Shown here: in pieces, positions 55,883 through 60,367 of the stretch
Layout: the number at the start of each line of letters is the position of its first letter
Position numbering within the stretch: position 1 is the stretch's first letter
IMG/VR virus record: IMGVR_UViG_3300016466_000235
Span: 1-60,367 of that record
Reading direction: 5' to 3' (one strand)
Length of the DNA stretch: 60,367 nucleotides
Source of the DNA: a virus
Lineage: Duplodnaviria; Caudoviricetes
The notes under the pieces: generated by a model
What the model was told of the DNA's origin: nothing
What the model saw: the letters and a program-made list of their open reading frames with translations, nothing else
Database searches by the model: none
Made by a program: the position numbers and the translations under genes

Positions 55883-56473
55883 ATGTCTAGCTACATTCTT
55901 AATGTAGAGAGCAACATCCCATTACCCAGCTCTGCTACAGACGCTTTGCCACCTATGACTCAGAAAGAGGAGTTAGAGGTACGTGCACGCACTATCAAAT
56001 TAATTGCCGACTTGCAGGGTAAGCCCATTGAGCCTGATGATCACGACAGATCAGAAGCCCGCGAGCTTGCTCAAAAAATGCTAGGCGACACAGCTTCCAA
56101 CATTGAATTTAGTAACTACCGTAACGAGACGCTGGCTTATCTAGCCGGAATGGTCGCTCAATACGATCAGATGCTTGTGAAGGACTTAGCTGACTACAAA
56201 CTATATGTAGTTAACAAGCTTGTAGAAAAAAGCGCATGCCCCGACGACAAGATTGCGCTTGCCGCAGTTAAGGCTCTTGGCGAAGTCGATGGGGTGGATG
56301 CCTTTAAGAAGCGGTCAGAAGTTACGCTCCAGGTTAAACCTATTGAGCAAGTCGAGAAAGATCTTCTTAGTAAGTTAGAGAAGCTTGAAAGATTGGCTGA
56401 ACGGGCCAAACCTCACGAAGTAATTGATGTGGAAGCTACGGATGCTGACGTTAGAGAAGATAGCGAAGCTTAA
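55883..56473 (+). CDS. putative terminase small subunit
   Basis: Directly upstream of and overlapping TerL; ALAAVKALGEVDGVDAF. Confidence 0.6.
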   Translation: MSSYILNVESNIPLPSSATDALPPMTQKEELEVRARTIKLIADLQGKPIEPDDHDRSEARELAQKMLGDTASNIEFSNYRNETLAYLAGMVAQYDQMLVKDLADYKLYVVNKLVEKSACPDDKIALAAVKALGEVDGVDAFKKRSEVTLQVKPIEQVEKDLLSKLEKLERLAERAKPHEVIDVEATDADVREDSEA

Positions 56474-57947
56474 AAAACTCATGCCAATGATGTCTGCTGA
56501 TGAAAAACGAGAGTTTTTAGCAGATATAGAGGTGTGGGAAAGGGAAAATTTGCGCAAAGTTGGGCAAGATGACTTACTTGCCTTTGCAGATCACGTCTAT
56601 CCAGGCTATAAAGTAGGCCCACACCACAGAAAACTAGCAAGAATTTTTGAAGATATTGCCAACGGCAAGAAAAAACGCGTTGTAGTGAACATTGCCCCTC
56701 GCCACGGCAAGTCTGAGCTGATTTCTTACCTCGCTCCAGCGTGGTTTTTAGGCAAATACCCCCACAAAAAGGTGATTATGGCCTCGCACACTGCCGATTT
56801 GGCAGTGAATTTTGGTCGTAGGGTGCGTAACCTTGTAAATATGGATACATATAGAGACATTTTCCCGCAAATTGAGCTTCAGCAAGACTCAAAATCAGCT
56901 TCTAGGTGGGGTACAAACTTTAATGGCGAATATTTTGCAATTGGTGTGGGTGGTGCGCTGGCTGGACGAGGTGCTGATCTATTTATTATTGATGACCCGC
57001 ACTCTGAACAAGAGGCAAAACAAGGTCGTTCAGATGTATTTTTACCGGCTTGGGAATGGTTTCAATCTGGCCCTATTCAGCGGTTAATGCCAGGGGGGGC
57101 CATAGTCGTAGTAATGACTCGCTGGTCTAAATTAGATTTAACTGGTCAGATAATCAACCATATGTCTCAAAACGACGATGCAGATCAATGGGAAGTGGTT
57201 GAATTTCCAGCTATTCTACCGTCCGGGAACCCGCTCTGGCCGGACTTCTGGCCGATTGAGGAGCTAGAATCAAAACGTATTGGAATGGACCCTAGATATT
57301 GGCAAGCCCAATATATGCAAAACCCCACTGCTGAGGAGGGGGCATTAATAAAAAGAGATTGGTGGCAGATCTGGGAAAAAGACGACCCACCCCGTTGCGA
57401 ATTTATTATTATGTCTCTCGATGCCGCGCAGGAAGCAAATAATAGAGCGGATTATAATGCTCTGACGACTTGGGGGGTATTTTTTAATGAAGAGACTAGC
57501 AACCACAACATTATATTGTTGAACTCTATAAAGAAAAGGTTGGAGTTTCCGGAGTTAAAGCAGCTGGTGTTTGAGGAGTACAAGGAGTGGGAGCCTGATT
57601 CGTTTATAGTGGAGAAAAAGTCTAACGGTGCCGCGTTGTATCAAGAACTTAGGAGGATGGGAGTGCCGGTACAGGAGTTCACCCCCAGTAAAGGACAGGA
57701 CAAAATATCTCGTGTGAACGCAGTGTCAGATTTGTTCGCTAGTGGTATTGTGTGGGCGCCGGACACTCGCTGGGCGAAGGACGTGATTGAGGAGTGTAAT
57801 GACTTTCCGAGTGGGTCAAACGACGACTTGGTGGACTCCACAACACAAGCGCTATTAAGATTCCGTAGAGGGGGCTTTATCCGCCTGCCGAGTGATGAGC
57901 CCGAGGAACAAAAATACTACCGTCGTAGGCAGTACGCCTACTATTAA
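56442..57947 (+). CDS. terL: terminase large subunit
   Basis: NIAPRHGKS, IIDDPH, VMTRW, YMQNP, VEKK..G, DDLVDS. Confidence 0.95.
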   Translation: MLTLEKIAKLKKLMPMMSADEKREFLADIEVWERENLRKVGQDDLLAFADHVYPGYKVGPHHRKLARIFEDIANGKKKRVVVNIAPRHGKSELISYLAPAWFLGKYPHKKVIMASHTADLAVNFGRRVRNLVNMDTYRDIFPQIELQQDSKSASRWGTNFNGEYFAIGVGGALAGRGADLFIIDDPHSEQEAKQGRSDVFLPAWEWFQSGPIQRLMPGGAIVVVMTRWSKLDLTGQIINHMSQNDDADQWEVVEFPAILPSGNPLWPDFWPIEELESKRIGMDPRYWQAQYMQNPTAEEGALIKRDWWQIWEKDDPPRCEFIIMSLDAAQEANNRADYNALTTWGVFFNEETSNHNIILLNSIKKRLEFPELKQLVFEEYKEWEPDSFIVEKKSNGAALYQELRRMGVPVQEFTPSKGQDKISRVNAVSDLFASGIVWAPDTRWAKDVIEECNDFPSGSNDDLVDSTTQALLRFRRGGFIRLPSDEPEEQKYYRRRQYAYY

Positions 57948-57956
57948 GGACTAAAA

Positions 57957-60367
57957 ATGGCTATTGAGAAAGCTCTGTATCAGGCTCCCGAGGGCATTAC
58001 CGAAGACATGATGGAGCCCATGATTGAGATTGAGATTGAGGACCCTGAGTCAGTGACCATCGGTATGGGTGGGTTGGAGATTGAGATTAGTCCTGATGAA
58101 GAGAATGATAAGTTTAATGAGAACTTAGCTGAGAAGATTGACGAGGATGAGCTGGTTGGTCTGGCGACTGACTTGATCGGTGACTATGACGACGACATCT
58201 CTTCTCGAAAAGACTGGGTACAGACTTACGTTGATGGCCTAGAGCTGCTTGGTCTGAAGATTGAAGAGCGGACTGAGCCGTGGCCGGGGGCTTGTGGTGT
58301 GTATCACCCGCTGCTGACTGAAGCTCTTGTTAAGTTCCAGTCCGAGACAATTATTGAGACATTCCCCGCGCAAGGCCCGGTCAGGGTCAAAATTTTGGGC
58401 GAAGAGACTATTGAGAAGATCGACGCGGCCCAGCGGGTAAAAGATGACATGAACTTCCAGCTGACGGAGGTCATGACTGAATACAGACCTGAACACGAGA
58501 GAATGCTCTGGGGCCTAGGGCTTTCGGGTAATGCGTTTAAGAAGGTGTATTTTGATCCGTCTCTGGGTCGGCAGGTCTCTTTGTTTGTACCAGCAGAAGA
58601 CATCGTTGTGCCCTATGGCGCGTCAGATCTTGAGTCCTCGCCACGAGTAACTCATGTAATGCGTAAAACTCCGAATGAGATGCGCAAATTGCAGGTAGCC
58701 GGGTTTTATCGGGACGTTGATCTGGGGGATCCGGTAGATACATTTGATGAAGTCGAGAAAAAGATTGCCGAGAAAATGGGGTTCAAAGCCTCTGTTGATG
58801 ATCGGTTCAAGCTTTTAGAGATGCATGTAGACCTAGATCTACCGGGTTACGAAGATAAAGAAAAAGGTAAGCCTACGGGAATTGCGTTACCGTATGTTGT
58901 AACGATAGAAAAACACACTCAGACGATTTTGGCAATACGTCGGAATTGGCACCCAGATGATCCTCTTAAACAGAAGCGACAACATTTTGTTCACTACGGA
59001 TACGTTCCTGGATTTGGCTTCTATTGTTTTGGCCTTATCCATCTCATTGGCGCTTTTGCTAAGTCCGGGACTTCTATTCTGCGGCAGCTTGTCGATGCAG
59101 GCGTGCTCTCAAACCTCCCCGGAGGATTTAAGACTAAAGGGCTTCGCGTTAAGGGCGACGACACTCCAATTGCCCCGGCGGAGTTCCGAGATGTAGACGT
59201 TACCTCTGGGACGATCAAAGACAACATCATGACGCTTCCTTATAAGGAGCCGTCTCAGGTCTTGTACACACTTCTCGGCACAATCGTAGAAGAAGGCCGT
59301 CGCTTCGCTTCTGCAGCGGACATGAAGATCTCCGACATGTCTGGCCAGACCCCGGTGGGAACAACCCTGGCGATTCTTGAGCGAACCCTAAAGGTGATGT
59401 CGGCAGTTCAGGCTAGGGTCCACCACGCGATGAAACAAGAGTTCCGACTCTTAAAGAACATCATCCGTGACTACACCCCCGAAGAGTACGAGTATGAGCC
59501 AGAAAATGCCGAGCCTAGGGCAAAACAGTCTGACTATGATTATGTTGAGGTAATCCCAGTCTCGGACCCCAACGCCGCGACAATGGCTCAGAAGGTTGTC
59601 CAGTATCAGGCGGTTCTTCAATTAGCGGCGACTGCCCCCCAACTTTATGACTTACCTCTTCTCCATCGGCAGATGTTGGAGGTCCTTGGAATTAAGGATG
59701 CAGCCAAGCTTGTCCCGATTGAGGACGATATGAAGCCCAAAGATCCCGTGTCTGAGAATATGGATGCTATTAAGCTTAAACCCTTAAAAGCTTTTATCTA
59801 TCAAGACCACGCAGCGCACATTACGACACACATGTCGTTTATGCAAGATCCGATTACGGCTCAGATGATTGGTCAGAATCCCCTAGCACAACAGATGATG
59901 TCGGCTCTTATGGCTCACATTGCGGAGCATTACGCCTTCCAGTACCGCAAAAACCTGGAAGAGAAGCTTGGCGTTCCCTATCCTGCACCTAACGAGGAGA
60001 TGCCGGAAGAGCTTGAGGTTGAGATCTCTCGTCTGGCCGCAGCCGCTTCACAGAAACTTCTCCAGAGTAATCAAGCGATGGTGGCTCAGGCTCAGGCACA
60101 ACAGGCTGCACAAGATCCAATTGTCCAGATGCAGCAACAAGAGCTTCAGCTTAAAGCCGCAGAAATCCAGCGTAAGGCTCAGAAAGATCAGATTGATGCA
60201 CAGTTAAAGGCTCAACAGATTCAGACCGAGCAGATGCGGATTCAGACACAGGCTGAGATTGACGGGGCAAGACTTGGGGCGCAGATCGCCCGTGAGCAGA
60301 CCGAGCAGCAGTTTAAAGAAGGCGTGGAGGCAGTCAAGCAAGAAGTTGAAGGCTTCCGTATGGGCGT
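57957..60367 (+). CDS. portal protein (missing from the ORF track because it crosses the junction; ends at 43)
   Basis: AAGGA RBS; MAIEKALYQAP...SRKDW..Y..GL.LLG...PWPGACGVYHPLL...AFKKVY...GFYCFGLIHLIG...; follows TerL. Confidence 0.92.
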   Translation, partial: MAIEKALYQAPEGITEDMMEPMIEIEIEDPESVTIGMGGLEIEISPDEENDKFNENLAEKIDEDELVGLATDLIGDYDDDISSRKDWVQTYVDGLELLGLKIEERTEPWPGACGVYHPLLTEALVKFQSETIIETFPAQGPVRVKILGEETIEKIDAAQRVKDDMNFQLTEVMTEYRPEHERMLWGLGLSGNAFKKVYFDPSLGRQVSLFVPAEDIVVPYGASDLESSPRVTHVMRKTPNEMRKLQVAGFYRDVDLGDPVDTFDEVEKKIAEKMGFKASVDDRFKLLEMHVDLDLPGYEDKEKGKPTGIALPYVVTIEKHTQTILAIRRNWHPDDPLKQKRQHFVHYGYVPGFGFYCFGLIHLIGAFAKSGTSILRQLVDAGVLSNLPGGFKTKGLRVKGDDTPIAPAEFRDVDVTSGTIKDNIMTLPYKEPSQVLYTLLGTIVEEGRRFASAADMKISDMSGQTPVGTTLAILERTLKVMSAVQARVHHAMKQEFRLLKNIIRDYTPEEYEYEPENAEPRAKQSDYDYVEVIPVSDPNAATMAQKVVQYQAVLQLAATAPQLYDLPLLHRQMLEVLGIKDAAKLVPIEDDMKPKDPVSENMDAIKLKPLKAFIYQDHAAHITTHMSFMQDPITAQMIGQNPLAQQMMSALMAHIAEHYAFQYRKNLEEKLGVPYPAPNEEMPEELEVEISRLAAAASQKLLQSNQAMVAQAQAQQAAQDPIVQMQQQELQLKAAEIQRKAQKDQIDAQLKAQQIQTEQMRIQTQAEIDGARLGAQIAREQTEQQFKEGVEAVKQEVEGFRMG

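Noticed and set aside
58239-60207. Short ORFs listed in this interval
   Set aside because: Shadows of the portal gene that the ORF track missed.
1-60367. tRNA genes, integrase/att site, alternative genetic code
   Set aside because: No T-loop/cloverleaf or recombinase motifs seen by eye; genes are intact in the standard code and use all three stop codons.

Overview
This window is almost certainly a complete, circularly permuted ~60.4-kb dsDNA tailed-phage genome. The portal ORF starting at 57957 runs off the right end and continues in frame at position 1, ending at TGA 41-43. The + arm (55883->60367, then 1->32934) encodes terminase, portal, GroES, scaffold, a Mu-gpT-like major capsid protein, small basic virion proteins, podovirus-type tail and fibre genes, lysis genes and large ejection proteins. 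The - arm (55634->32931) carries early cassettes, an AAA+/vWA-metallopeptidase module, a family A DNA polymerase, a Cas4-like nuclease, an SNF2 helicase and a primase-helicase. I found no integrase, tRNA, CRISPR array or reverse transcriptase. IHF and boxA motifs suggest a proteobacterial host (inference). The most interesting signal is non-coding: a promoter-driven structured RNA (39041-39258, -) with CU-rich loops, one of which is the exact complement of the GGAGAGCAT ribosome-binding site shared by several early genes. Other notable features are an rrn-type boxA leader, an IHF/iteron origin-like array, early gene cassettes with repeated spacers, a shuffled WVGLT/AIEAKLKEKN module cluster, and a recurrent [FYM]xxGG motif in virion proteins. 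All product calls come from motif recognition by eye; no database searches were run.
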